NCBI GenBank assembly: GCA_963678765.2
Contig: CAXXVM010000001.1
Coordinates: 179,165-243,164, forward strand
Direction: 5' to 3'
Origin: Sphaerochaetaceae bacterium
GTDB taxonomy: Bacteria; Spirochaetota; Spirochaetia; Sphaerochaetales; Sphaerochaetaceae
Length of the DNA stretch: 64,000 nt
Every line of letters starts with the position of its first letter. The first letter of the stretch is position 1. Shown here piece by piece: positions 18,138-27,409 of this stretch. Below the pieces are notes generated by a model. It ran no database searches and had not been told where the DNA came from. It was given only the letters and a program-made list of their open reading frames with translations. Made by a program: the position numbers and the translations under genes.

Positions 18138-18931
18138 TTATCTTTTATAGATAAAAGGAATTCTATTATTATTCTTTTGGATAACGACTTCTTCAAGTAC
18201 ATCAATTAATGGTTGATAATCACCATCAATTGCACAAATGTCAGCTTCAAGGAATCCATCAGGATCCGCCTCAGCCCATTCTACATAGTACTTAGCTTTT
18301 TCAACTAGTACAATAAAGAATAATCTAGAGCTTGGAGCATTTCCTGTTTTGAAAGGATGTAAAGCCTCAAGTTCTCCCATATAATATGCAAGGTCTCCAA
18401 TAAACTGTTCTCGATCAAGTTTTCTCAAAAAATGGTCTTTTGCTAGTTTATCAAAAATCTCTTTTGCTGCAGCCTCTATATATGCAGGCATACAGAATTC
18501 TGTTCTTTTTGCAGAAGCTTTTGTTCTAATCATTCAGCAGATGGATAGATATCACCAAATAAATGTTCATGAATCTGTTGTAAATGTTCTAATGTGTAAG
18601 GTCCATCAATTGGATGCAATAAAAATTCTGCAGTCCTCATTGAACTTATATAAATTACTATAAATCTTAATAAGTCTCTATTTTTAATAGAGAAATAATT
18701 TCCTAAACATCTAGTACCTGGATAAAAATAGTAATCATCACTACTAGCCTTGTATTCTATATTATCAAGATTATTCTTTTTCAAGAAATTTTGAATTAAT
18801 TCATCAGCACTCTTATCTTCATTAAGAATTGCTAATATATCCGCCTCATCATCACTAGACAGTTCAAAGCCTTCTGATTCATGATTAAATTTAATATAGT
18901 CGATGCAACGTTGCATACGGCCTGCTTCCAT
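18138..18931 (-). pseudogene. Fic (Fido) domain gene split into two overlapping ORFs
   Basis: The upstream ORF ends ...LQQIHEHLFGDIYPSAE*. The downstream ORF starts MIRTKASAKRTEFCMPAYIE and carries HPFKTGNAPSSR. Together they span the conserved Fic block (IH..LF.DIY.WAG.IRT...F) and the Fic motif. The two ORFs overlap in ATGA. Confidence 0.7.
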
Positions 18932-19161
18932 TATTTTCCACTGAGAGAAAAAAGAATCCTCTCTTCTCCTTATAATTACTGATAAAAATATCAATAATGT
19001 AATTTTATTAATTTCTTTATCTTCAAAAGTTAATAATAAATTAATATTAGTTATATGATACAAATAGCACTTGTAATCGTCAAGACGTATAAGTCTTTAT
19101 AAAGTAGAAAAACTACCAGATTTCTCTGATAGTTTTTCATTTTTATTTTGCAACTAAAGTA

Positions 19162-20340
19162 TTAATATGTAAACTTAAGTCCTGTAAATCCATTAATAGA
19201 CCAATCACCGTCAGTAATATCAAAATCATTAGCTTTTCTAATGCTACCATCAATTACATATTGTAGACCGCTATTGAATTTATAAGCTAAACCAGCTTTT
19301 GCACCATAGCTAAATACACCATAGTCAAACCAATCGAAAGAAGGTGTTAAATCAGCTTGTAGGCCAATGATATCTTGATTTCCAACGAATGTTACATCAC
19401 CAATTACACCAAGATCTAATACAAAATGTTTTGTATTGATTTCCATTTCAGGAGTTAATGCAACTCTTAATGAGAAATCTGTATCTTCTGTGAAGAATGT
19501 TTGTGCAGTAGATGTGAAAGATTTAGAGCCATCAACATAACCTAATAAATCAATATCAAAATTTAAACCAAAACCAACTGTTTTACCTGGAGATAAAATA
19601 TTGTTAAATCCTAAAGCTAAATTAAGAGCTGGTTGGAATTTATTGTAAGTTGTAGTGTCATCACTCATGATGATAGGATTTAGACTATAAATACCACCAA
19701 CATTTAAACCTAATGAAGTATAATAATGATTACGTTTTTCATGTGCTTCAGATTCCATGTCCATAGTTTCTGTCATTTCTTCAGCTACATCCATGTCTTC
19801 CATAGGTGCTGCCATTTCATCCATTGGTTCAACCATTTCTTCAGCTACATCCATGTCTTTCATTGGTTCTACCATTTCATCCATTGGTTCAGCCATTTCT
19901 TCAGCTACATCCATGTCTTCCTTAGGTGCTGCCATTTCATCCATAGGTGCTGCCATTTCATCCATTGGTGCTTCCATGTCATCCATTGAAGCTGCCATTT
20001 CATCCATAGGTGCTGCCATATCGTCCATCATCTCTTCATCTGCACCATATAAAGGCATTGCTACAGATACTGAACTTTCTGACCAGTTAACACCATCAAA
20101 TGTTTGTTGTAAGTACAATGAGTATTCTTTTGAACCATCAAGGTTTTGGATAACTGCCATTGTTGTATTTGCATCAACTACAGTCCAGTTGTCAGGATTT
20201 TCATCGTTTAATTGATATCTGAAACCTGAAACTTGAGGATCATCTACCATCCATTCCCATGTTATTGCAACATCAGCTGCAAAAATCATTGTAGGAATCA
20301 TAATTAATAACGCAAAAATAGTTAAAATTCTTTTTTTCAT
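19162..20340 (-). CDS. secreted protein: N-terminal Ig/FN3-like module, Met/Asp/Glu-rich repeats, C-terminal beta-barrel-like domain
   Basis: Signal peptide MKKRILTIFALLIMIPTMIFA. The C-terminal ~190 aa have alternating hydrophobic strands and end in GLKFTY, an aromatic terminus typical of OMPs. The central region is repeats. Confidence 0.65.
   Translation of the reverse strand: MKKRILTIFALLIMIPTMIFAADVAITWEWMVDDPQVSGFRYQLNDENPDNWTVVDANTTMAVIQNLDGSKEYSLYLQQTFDGVNWSESSVSVAMPLYGADEEMMDDMAAPMDEMAASMDDMEAPMDEMAAPMDEMAAPKEDMDVAEEMAEPMDEMVEPMKDMDVAEEMVEPMDEMAAPMEDMDVAEEMTETMDMESEAHEKRNHYYTSLGLNVGGIYSLNPIIMSDDTTTYNKFQPALNLALGFNNILSPGKTVGFGLNFDIDLLGYVDGSKSFTSTAQTFFTEDTDFSLRVALTPEMEINTKHFVLDLGVIGDVTFVGNQDIIGLQADLTPSFDWFDYGVFSYGAKAGLAYKFNSGLQYVIDGSIRKANDFDITDGDWSINGFTGLKFTY
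19757..20040 (-). repeat. in-frame 60-bp and 21-bp tandem repeats encoding Met/Asp/Glu/Ala/Pro motifs
   Basis: CATTTCTTCAGCTACATCCATGTCTT recurs at about 19775, 19835 and 19895 (60-bp period). 21-bp units (GCTGCCATTTCATCCATAGGT-like) follow from about 19925 to 20030. Confidence 0.85.
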
Positions 20341-20884
20341 AAAAATAACTGAAAAAGCTATAGCTTTCTCTTGCTCCTTAAAATATTTTCTATCTATATT
20401 TTCACTTTACATATTCAACTAATTGTTAATATAATATGTAAATTCTATCACAATTAACTAGATATTAATCTAAATCCCCATGATATTGTAATATGTAAAC
20501 CATCTATAATTATATAATCACAACTCTTATGACTATTGTCAAGCAAAAAACACTATATCAAGGTTTGAAGAGGGTAATTAACCCCTTTAAAAGTTATATT
20601 TTATATAATAATCATTTTTTTAATATATATTAAATTCTATTTAATCTTCTATAAATACTTAAACAAATCAAATTTATCATAGTTACTAAACTATATTATA
20701 TATTTAGTAATATTTCTAATAATATAATATAAAAATTCGATGATTAATATATTTACATCAATAAAAAGCCGTTCATATATAGGATTATTTCAATAAAAAT
20801 AGACACTTTTAGCTTCATAAGTATCCCTTTGGATTTTTTTTTACATTAATACCTCTTGCAAGGTAAATCAGTAGTAACTATGCT

Positions 20885-21466
20885 ATGGCTATGAATAAAA
20901 TTAAATCACTAGCAGTATTTTGTGGTAGCTCAATAGGAAGCTCACCAGAATACCAATTAAAAGCAGAAAAAATGGGCAAAGCCCTTGTTAAAAATAATAT
21001 ATCTCTAGTTTATGGTGGAGGTAATATAGGTCTAATGGGTAAAATTGCAACTTATGTATCTTCTAACAATATTGAGGTCATAGGAATTCTTCCCAAAAAG
21101 CTAAATTTACCTCAAGTTGTTAACAAAGATGTTGAAACCAAAAGAATAATCGTGGATGGTATGCATGAGAGAAAGGCAAAAATGTACGAATTATCTGATG
21201 GTTTCATAGCACTTCCTGGAGGCATTGGAACTTTTGAAGAATTCTTTGAAGCATTCACATGGTTACAACTTGGCTATCATTCAAAACCTATTGGATTATT
21301 AAATGTAAATGGATTCTATGATGAACTAATAAATTTTTTAAATGGCGCTGTCGAACAGGGCTTTATTAAGAAGGAAGTATTAGATAAGTTAGTTGTAGAA
21401 GAGGAACCTTCTGTATTGATAGAAAAAATGAAAGTTATTGATCTTAGAGTACCTCAAAAAATATAG
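20885..21466 (+). CDS. LOG-family nucleotide phosphoribohydrolase (TIGR00730-like)
   Basis: Motifs GGGNIGLMG and PGGIGTFEE. 193 aa. The start could instead be the second ATG at 20891. Confidence 0.8.
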   Translation: MAMNKIKSLAVFCGSSIGSSPEYQLKAEKMGKALVKNNISLVYGGGNIGLMGKIATYVSSNNIEVIGILPKKLNLPQVVNKDVETKRIIVDGMHERKAKMYELSDGFIALPGGIGTFEEFFEAFTWLQLGYHSKPIGLLNVNGFYDELINFLNGAVEQGFIKKEVLDKLVVEEEPSVLIEKMKVIDLRVPQKI

Positions 21467-21477
21467 GACAAATAGAT

Positions 21478-22392
21478 ATGAGAAAAAATTTTAGTGATGA
21501 GCATATTTTTAAAGCTCTTGAATATTTTTATATTTTAATTGGTACTTTCTTAACTGCTGCAGCTCTGGTATTTTTTGCAACTCCTGCAAAAATTGCTAAT
21601 GGAGGAGTATCAGGTATAGCCGTTATACTCTATCATACACTAGGCTTTGATGTTGGTATTTCAATTTTAGTTTTAAGTATACCCTTATTTTTAATTGGAT
21701 TGAAGATTTTTGGTAAAGAGTATGGAATTAAATCCCTCTTAGGGACACTTCTATTCTCACTATTTACTATTCTATTAACATCCACAATTGGGAATCAAGG
21801 CATTATTGATTATACTCATTACGTCTCATATTTATTGTCTGCAATATTTGCAGGTATACTTTTTGGTGCAGGACTAGGTTTTGTACTAAAAGGTGGTGCA
21901 AATACTGGAGGGACTGATATAATTGCTCAGATTTTAGCAAAATTCACTCCAATGACTCTTGGCTCTGCTCTTTTTGCTACTGATGCAGTCATTGTTATAA
22001 GTAGTATTTTCTTTTTTGGTATTGAATCTGCTATGTATGCAATCATAACTATATACATAACTGGTGTTGGTATTGATAGAGTTCTTTTAGGATTAAATTC
22101 ATTCAATTCAAAAACTCTTTATATTATTAGTAAAAAGAATGAAGAGATTAAACAAGTTATTCTTGATGAATTAGATCATAGTGGAACAATTTTACAGGCT
22201 AAGGGTTTGTATACAAATGAAGATCGACCTGTTCTTATGACTGTTATTAAGAATAACAAAATTGGAGAGTTAACAAATGCAATTAAGAATGCTGATAAAG
22301 ATGCCTTTGTAATTGTTCAAGAAACCTACCAAGTAATGGGCGAAGGTTTTACACCAATCACTAAAGCTGCTTGGAAATCTAAAAATATGTAA
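21478..22392 (+). CDS. YitT-family membrane protein (C-terminal DUF2179-like domain)
   Basis: Five or six TM segments followed by a soluble C-terminal domain of about 80 aa. Typical YitT layout. Confidence 0.7.
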   Translation: MRKNFSDEHIFKALEYFYILIGTFLTAAALVFFATPAKIANGGVSGIAVILYHTLGFDVGISILVLSIPLFLIGLKIFGKEYGIKSLLGTLLFSLFTILLTSTIGNQGIIDYTHYVSYLLSAIFAGILFGAGLGFVLKGGANTGGTDIIAQILAKFTPMTLGSALFATDAVIVISSIFFFGIESAMYAIITIYITGVGIDRVLLGLNSFNSKTLYIISKKNEEIKQVILDELDHSGTILQAKGLYTNEDRPVLMTVIKNNKIGELTNAIKNADKDAFVIVQETYQVMGEGFTPITKAAWKSKNM

Positions 22393-22456
22393 ATAAAATA
22401 GGGAGTTAGTTTTTACACTTACTCCCCTTTTTAATAAAATATTAAATTCTCAATTA

Positions 22457-23365
22457 TTAGTTGTCCCAAAGTTTTTCAGGATAATAACCTTCTTTTATTT
22501 TATTAGCTAATTCATTTTTAACGATATCTCTATCTTCGCTATATGTCATTCCAAACCATTTTTCATTAGTTGTATAGAATTTCATTTTACCTTCACCATT
22601 TTTAACAATGTTAGAAGCACCTTCAGGTAGATAACATTCACCCTTTTCTGAACTAATGTTTTCTTTAATAAAGTTATTCCAGAAAACCTCAAATGAATCA
22701 AAAGCCTTTGGAGTAAAACCAAAGAAGTTCATAGAAACCCATTCGTCTCCACTCATAACTATATCATCACCGTTTAAGTGTGAAATAATTTTATCACCTT
22801 GATATTCAATTTTAGTGTTTTCTATCATGCTAGTTAGATATCCATCTTCGACACTACAAACAGCTCTTGATACACTACCTGATAAACTCATAGTATTTTT
22901 TAGAACATATCCAACCAATGCATGTTCTGTACTATCATTTTCAAGTGAACTCAAATGCTTTGCCATTATCTCAAAAGATTCACGACCATAATAGTCATCA
23001 CTATTTATTACACAGAAAGGTTCTTTTACTGCATCTTTAGCACAAAGTACAGCATGAATTGTACCCCAAGGTTTTGTACGATCTTTGCTTAACTCAATTT
23101 GTTCTTTAGTTAATAAAGAAGTTCCTGATTGAAAAACATAATCTGCATCTATATTCTTACTAATTCTATCAAAAAGTCTTTCTTTAAAGTCTTTTTCAAT
23201 ATCTTCACGAATAATAAAGACTACTTTTCCAAATCCAGCTCTTTTTGCATCATAAATTCCGAAGTCTAATAAAGTTTCTCCATGTAAGCCTACAGAATCG
23301 ATCTGTTTAACTCCACCATAGCGACTGCCCATTCCAGCAGCGAGAATAACAAGTGTTGGTTTCAT
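22457..23365 (-). CDS. sugar-phosphate nucleotidyltransferase family protein
   Basis: N-terminal LAAGMGSRYGGVKQ nucleotide-binding loop of the NTP-transferase fold. 302 aa. Confidence 0.7.
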   Translation of the reverse strand: MKPTLVILAAGMGSRYGGVKQIDSVGLHGETLLDFGIYDAKRAGFGKVVFIIREDIEKDFKERLFDRISKNIDADYVFQSGTSLLTKEQIELSKDRTKPWGTIHAVLCAKDAVKEPFCVINSDDYYGRESFEIMAKHLSSLENDSTEHALVGYVLKNTMSLSGSVSRAVCSVEDGYLTSMIENTKIEYQGDKIISHLNGDDIVMSGDEWVSMNFFGFTPKAFDSFEVFWNNFIKENISSEKGECYLPEGASNIVKNGEGKMKFYTTNEKWFGMTYSEDRDIVKNELANKIKEGYYPEKLWDN

Positions 23366-23622
23366 AAACCACCCCTTTTTAAAATATATAAGCTTATTTT
23401 AACAACAAACATATATTCGGTCAAACATTAAATTAAATAATAATTTACATATGCAAATTAAATGTTTCAAAGTATAAAGGAAAAAGTATGTAAAGGAATT
23501 TCAGTCTTTTAAAAACTTAATTTCAATCAGATAAAGAATTAATTTAATTCTTTAAAAATTTCACATTTAATTCACATAGAAATATTAATATATAAACAAA
23601 AAAATCACTCAAGGTAAAATAA

Positions 23623-26274
23623 ATGAAGAAATTCACTATTGTTTTAACAACTCTCGTAGCAACAGTATTATTATTTAGTTGTAAGACACAAAATAGTTCA
23701 TACTCAACAATAACAAATGAGGTTGATAAAACAACTTCCACCCTATCAATATCAGATGTAAATAAGTCTGTTTCAACTACCTCTAGTGTTGTTAAAAAAT
23801 CATCTGAACTACCTAGAACAATTAATAATTCTGATACAGAAATTATATTAGATACAAATCTTGCATCTAATATTATCTATGTAAATGATGATGCAAATGG
23901 CAATAATGATGGAACTTCCTGGACAAATGCATTCAATGATTTACAAGATGCAATTGCAATTAGTACAGAAGGCGATCAAATTTGGGTTGCCTCGGGTATA
24001 TATTATGCAAGTGATAGTGATGCAAGTGATAGCTTCTCACTTGTAGATGGAACAGATCTTTTTGGTGGTTTTGCAGGAAATGAAACATCAATAGATCAAA
24101 GAGATTTAACAGACAGTGAAAATATAAGTACTTTATCAGGTGATTTTAATAATACTCCTAATGATGCAAGTGATAATACTAATAATATTTTAATTGCTAC
24201 AAATGGTATTATTGATGGCTTTAATATAATAGATGGTTATAGTGCTAGAAAAATAATGCCAATGCAATCTAATCAAACTGCAAATAGCAACTCATCTAAT
24301 TCTAAAATGGGTCCTCCCCCTATGAAGGGGAGTTCTTCTAAAAAGATGGGTCCTCCTCCTATGAGGAGCAATAATTCTCAAGTATCTAGAGATAATAATT
24401 TATCGGCAACTAACCAAACAAATCCAAATTCTGATTCTGTAGGTCATAGTTCACCAGACCAAGTAAAATCAGGAGATGCTGAATCAACTACTAATGGTGC
24501 AGGTATTGTTGTTTGGGGAGTTAGTGCAGTTATTAAAAATACTACAATTTCAAACTGTTATGCTGATAAAGGTGGAGCAGTATATGTAAATGTTACAGGA
24601 GATCTAGATGCACAGCCTATATTCTATAATGTCATATTTGAAAATAATTCAGCTCAGATGAGAGGCGGTGCAATATCTATTGATATGTTCTCAGACCCAA
24701 TTTTTGTTGACTGTAAATTCATAAATAACTCATGTGGTTCTAAAGGCGGTGCAATTTATGATGACTTTGGTTGTAGTCCAAGATTATACAACTGTTTATT
24801 TGTAGGAAATGATTGTGAGGTAGCAGCTGCTATGGGAAATGATGGAGCATCTAATCCTACAATTGTAAATTCTACGTTTACAGAAAATAATTCAACTGAG
24901 CAAGGTGCAGCATTGTATCAAGGAACAGGTCCTTTCAATGATCCAGTTGTTTATAATTCAATAATTTCAGGGAATACCTCTACAAATGGTCAAGCATCTG
25001 TTTATAATTATAACGAATCAAATACAGCAATTTATGATAGTATTGTTGAAGGTGGATATACAGGTTTAAGTTCAAATATTATCGACACAGTTGCTACCTT
25101 TGATGCAGAATATAATAGTACTAATAGTAGTTATGGTTATAATTCAAATGATTTTGGAACTAGAACTGATGATGAATTAAAACAAATCATTTCATATCTA
25201 TTAAGTATTGAATCTACAAGTGAACCTACACCATTATCTCTAACTAACAATAGTAAAGCCATTGCTTCATCTTCAACTATATATGTATCTCAAGATGGTA
25301 TTGGAGATGGAAGTAGCAAATCAAACTCAATGAGTGATTTACAAGAAGCTATTTATATGGCAAATAATTACTATGTTCAATATGGTAAAAATGTAACAAT
25401 AAATATTGCAAATGGTACATATACTCCTGGAATTGAGAGGTCTTCATCATTCACTCTATTAGATGGAGTTGATTTAGTGGGAGAGAGTGAGAGTTTAACA
25501 ATATTATCTGGTGAGATTCAAAATGATGGAGATCCAACTAATAATAGCTATCATGTTGTAATTGGGTCAGATAATGCAAGTTTAACAAACCTTAGCATAA
25601 GAGATGGATATGCTGATGGAAAAAATGGAGAGGTTTATGACAAACTTGGTGCTGGATTATTAAACTATGCAGCAGGTAATCGAGTGATACCAACATATGA
25701 GCCAACCTTAGGTTTTGATACAAAAATAACTAATGTAACATTCACCAACAACTATGCTGAATGTGGTGCAGCGGTATATACATATCATGGTGGTAATCCT
25801 GTATTCACAGATTGTAGTTTCACAAATAACATAGCTCTATATGGTGGTGCATCATATGATGTTGGTGGATGTGCTTCCAAATATTACAATTGTGATTTTA
25901 GTGATAATATAGCTAAATACGCAGGTGGTGCAATATTTGTTGATTATGGAGCATTAAGCAGTTATTACAATTGTGATTTTACAAATAATGAAGCTGGAAC
26001 TTGTGGTGGAGTTTTATACATTATTGATAGAGCATCTCAATCAATTTTAAATGACACTGATTTCAGTGTATTAATTGATACTACAGCTGATAGCACAGGT
26101 GATACTGATATCTATTCATCTGCTTATTTTAAAAATTGTACTATCAGTGGAAATAAATCCGCAAATGGTGATTATGACTTATATGCAGTTGAAGGATCAT
26201 ATATTAAATTAGTTGATACTGCAGTTTCATCTGATAATTACTATATTAGCTTTCAATCACATTTAATTGATTAA
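23623..26274 (+). CDS. lipoprotein with two right-handed parallel beta-helix (Pmp-like) modules
   Basis: Lipobox LLFSC. Repeated GGA(I/V/L) and F-x-x-N motifs (GGAVYV, GGAISI, GGAIYDD, GGAIFVD, GGVLYI; FENNSA, FINNSC, FTNNYA, FTNNIA, FSDNIA, FTNNEA). Confidence 0.75.
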   Translation: MKKFTIVLTTLVATVLLFSCKTQNSSYSTITNEVDKTTSTLSISDVNKSVSTTSSVVKKSSELPRTINNSDTEIILDTNLASNIIYVNDDANGNNDGTSWTNAFNDLQDAIAISTEGDQIWVASGIYYASDSDASDSFSLVDGTDLFGGFAGNETSIDQRDLTDSENISTLSGDFNNTPNDASDNTNNILIATNGIIDGFNIIDGYSARKIMPMQSNQTANSNSSNSKMGPPPMKGSSSKKMGPPPMRSNNSQVSRDNNLSATNQTNPNSDSVGHSSPDQVKSGDAESTTNGAGIVVWGVSAVIKNTTISNCYADKGGAVYVNVTGDLDAQPIFYNVIFENNSAQMRGGAISIDMFSDPIFVDCKFINNSCGSKGGAIYDDFGCSPRLYNCLFVGNDCEVAAAMGNDGASNPTIVNSTFTENNSTEQGAALYQGTGPFNDPVVYNSIISGNTSTNGQASVYNYNESNTAIYDSIVEGGYTGLSSNIIDTVATFDAEYNSTNSSYGYNSNDFGTRTDDELKQIISYLLSIESTSEPTPLSLTNNSKAIASSSTIYVSQDGIGDGSSKSNSMSDLQEAIYMANNYYVQYGKNVTINIANGTYTPGIERSSSFTLLDGVDLVGESESLTILSGEIQNDGDPTNNSYHVVIGSDNASLTNLSIRDGYADGKNGEVYDKLGAGLLNYAAGNRVIPTYEPTLGFDTKITNVTFTNNYAECGAAVYTYHGGNPVFTDCSFTNNIALYGGASYDVGGCASKYYNCDFSDNIAKYAGGAIFVDYGALSSYYNCDFTNNEAGTCGGVLYIIDRASQSILNDTDFSVLIDTTADSTGDTDIYSSAYFKNCTISGNKSANGDYDLYAVEGSYIKLVDTAVSSDNYYISFQSHLID

Positions 26275-26302
26275 TAAAGAATAACAAGGTTCTGGAGACC
26301 TT

Positions 26303-26349
26303 ATATTCACCTAATATTTACATAGTATTAGGTGAATATTTAATTTTTT
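26303..26349 (+). terminator. intrinsic terminator after the beta-helix lipoprotein gene
   Basis: Perfect 14-bp stem ATATTCACCTAATA / TATTAGGTGAATAT followed by TTTAATTTTTT. Confidence 0.75.
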
Positions 26350-26380
26350 GAAAAAAAGAACTTTTTTTTAAATATGTAAT

Positions 26381-26408
26381 TGACACAAACATTGTATTTA
26401 GGTATATT
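26381..26408 (+). promoter_or_regulatory. sigma-70-like promoter of tRNA-Asp copy 1
   Basis: TTGACA, a 16-nt spacer, then TATATT. It ends 11 nt before the mature tRNA 5' end. Confidence 0.55.
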
Positions 26409-26419
26409 AAGCAAGTCCT

Positions 26420-26493
26420 GAGGGCGTAGCGAAGCTGGTTATCGCGTCGGCCTGTCACGCCGAAGATCGCGGGTTCGATCCCCGTCGCTCTCG
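26420..26493 (+). tRNA. tRNA-Asp (anticodon GTC), copy 1
   Basis: Hand-folded cloverleaf. Acceptor GAGGGCG/CGCTCTC, D stem GCGA/TCGC, anticodon stem TCGGC/GCCGA with loop CTGTCAC, T arm GCGGG-TTCGATC-CCCGT, discriminator G. No encoded CCA. Confidence 0.9.
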
Positions 26494-26499
26494 TTCATA

Positions 26500-26529
26500 A
26501 AAAACTCCTTATTTTAAGGAGTTTTTTTT
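26500..26529 (+). terminator. intrinsic terminator after tRNA-Asp copy 1
   Basis: AACTCCTTA-TTT-TAAGGAGTT hairpin followed by a T run. Confidence 0.8.
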
Positions 26530-26772
26530 ATCTCTAAATATAAAAATTGGATCTCAAATCACCTCATTTTTGGATCTTGAAACTTTTCTAAATATTCAAT
26601 ATTTACACTCAAAATAATATCCATATTAGATACATTATTTTTAAATTTAGAAACCTATTATTTATAAATAAAAAATTAGAATTTTAATGATTTCCTTAAT
26701 AATAACTAGAATATGCAATTTTGCGTTATAATATATTAATTATGAAAAAAATTACTTTTTTTTAAATTCTTA

Positions 26773-26799
26773 TTGACAAAACTTAGCATTTCCTATAGT
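26773..26799 (+). promoter_or_regulatory. sigma-70-like promoter of tRNA-Asp copy 2
   Basis: TTGACA, then TATAGT after a short spacer of 15-16 nt. The ATTGACA(C)AAAC context resembles copy 1. Confidence 0.45.
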
Positions 26800-26813
26800 T
26801 TCATCATTGTTAC

Positions 26814-26887
26814 GAGGGCGTAGCGAAGCTGGTTATCGCGTCGGCCTGTCACGCCGAAGATCGCGGGTTCGATCCCCGTCGCTCTCG
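26814..26887 (+). tRNA. tRNA-Asp (anticodon GTC), copy 2
   Basis: The 74 nt are identical to copy 1. No encoded CCA. Confidence 0.9.
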
Positions 26888-26894
26888 CTTCAAC

Positions 26895-26924
26895 AAACTC
26901 CTTAATTTTAAGGAGTTTTTTTTT
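26895..26924 (+). terminator. intrinsic terminator after tRNA-Asp copy 2
   Basis: AAACTCCTTAA-TTT-TAAGGAGTTT hairpin followed by a T run. Confidence 0.8.
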
Positions 26925-27409
26925 GCCCAAATACAAGCTACATCCTCCACTACATTTCTATCCTGAATATTGTCCATCACAAAATTTAATATATTGAAAA
27001 AATTTCTTTTTCTAGCTGCAATATTTATATTTTTAAGCCTATTTTAACAACAATAGTTCAAAATTAACACAATTTTTTTTGTTCATCATACTAAACACCA
27101 AGAAAAAACACCAAAAATTTGAATATCTGTATAATCTCTTAAATATCAATATAATTACTTTACAGTAATATAATTATGTAATTATTTTGGCAGAGTCCAC
27201 AATTTATCAAGTCTACTATAGTAAACATATATTCACTATAAGGATTTTATTAGTGTTTTTTGTTCATTATATTAAACATTTATGTTATCAAAATAACAGT
27301 TTGTGTATTTTTTAACATTTTTTTGTAAAAAGTATTGATTTTTTAACGGAATACCTCTATTGTATGCTTCATACAGAAGAAAAATACGGTGAATTCGGAG
27401 GAAATAATT

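Noticed and set aside
19726-20215. Two + strand ORFs (87 and 152 aa) with striking His/Phe/Cys or Ser/Ile repeats.
   Set aside because: They are the antisense reading frames of the Met/Asp/Glu repeat tract. The periodicity comes from the tandem DNA repeat, not from independent coding.
23544-23741. 65-aa minus-strand ORF overlapping the start of the beta-helix lipoprotein gene. A similar 74-aa ORF lies at 27272-27496.
   Set aside because: They lie in promoter or 5' regions of well-supported genes, have low-complexity translations and show no RBS.
26275-27409. Possible integrated mobile element at the tRNA-Asp locus.
   Set aside because: There is no integrase, transposase, direct repeat of the tRNA 3' end or foreign gene cargo. 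Only AT-rich spacer lies between the tRNAs and asd.
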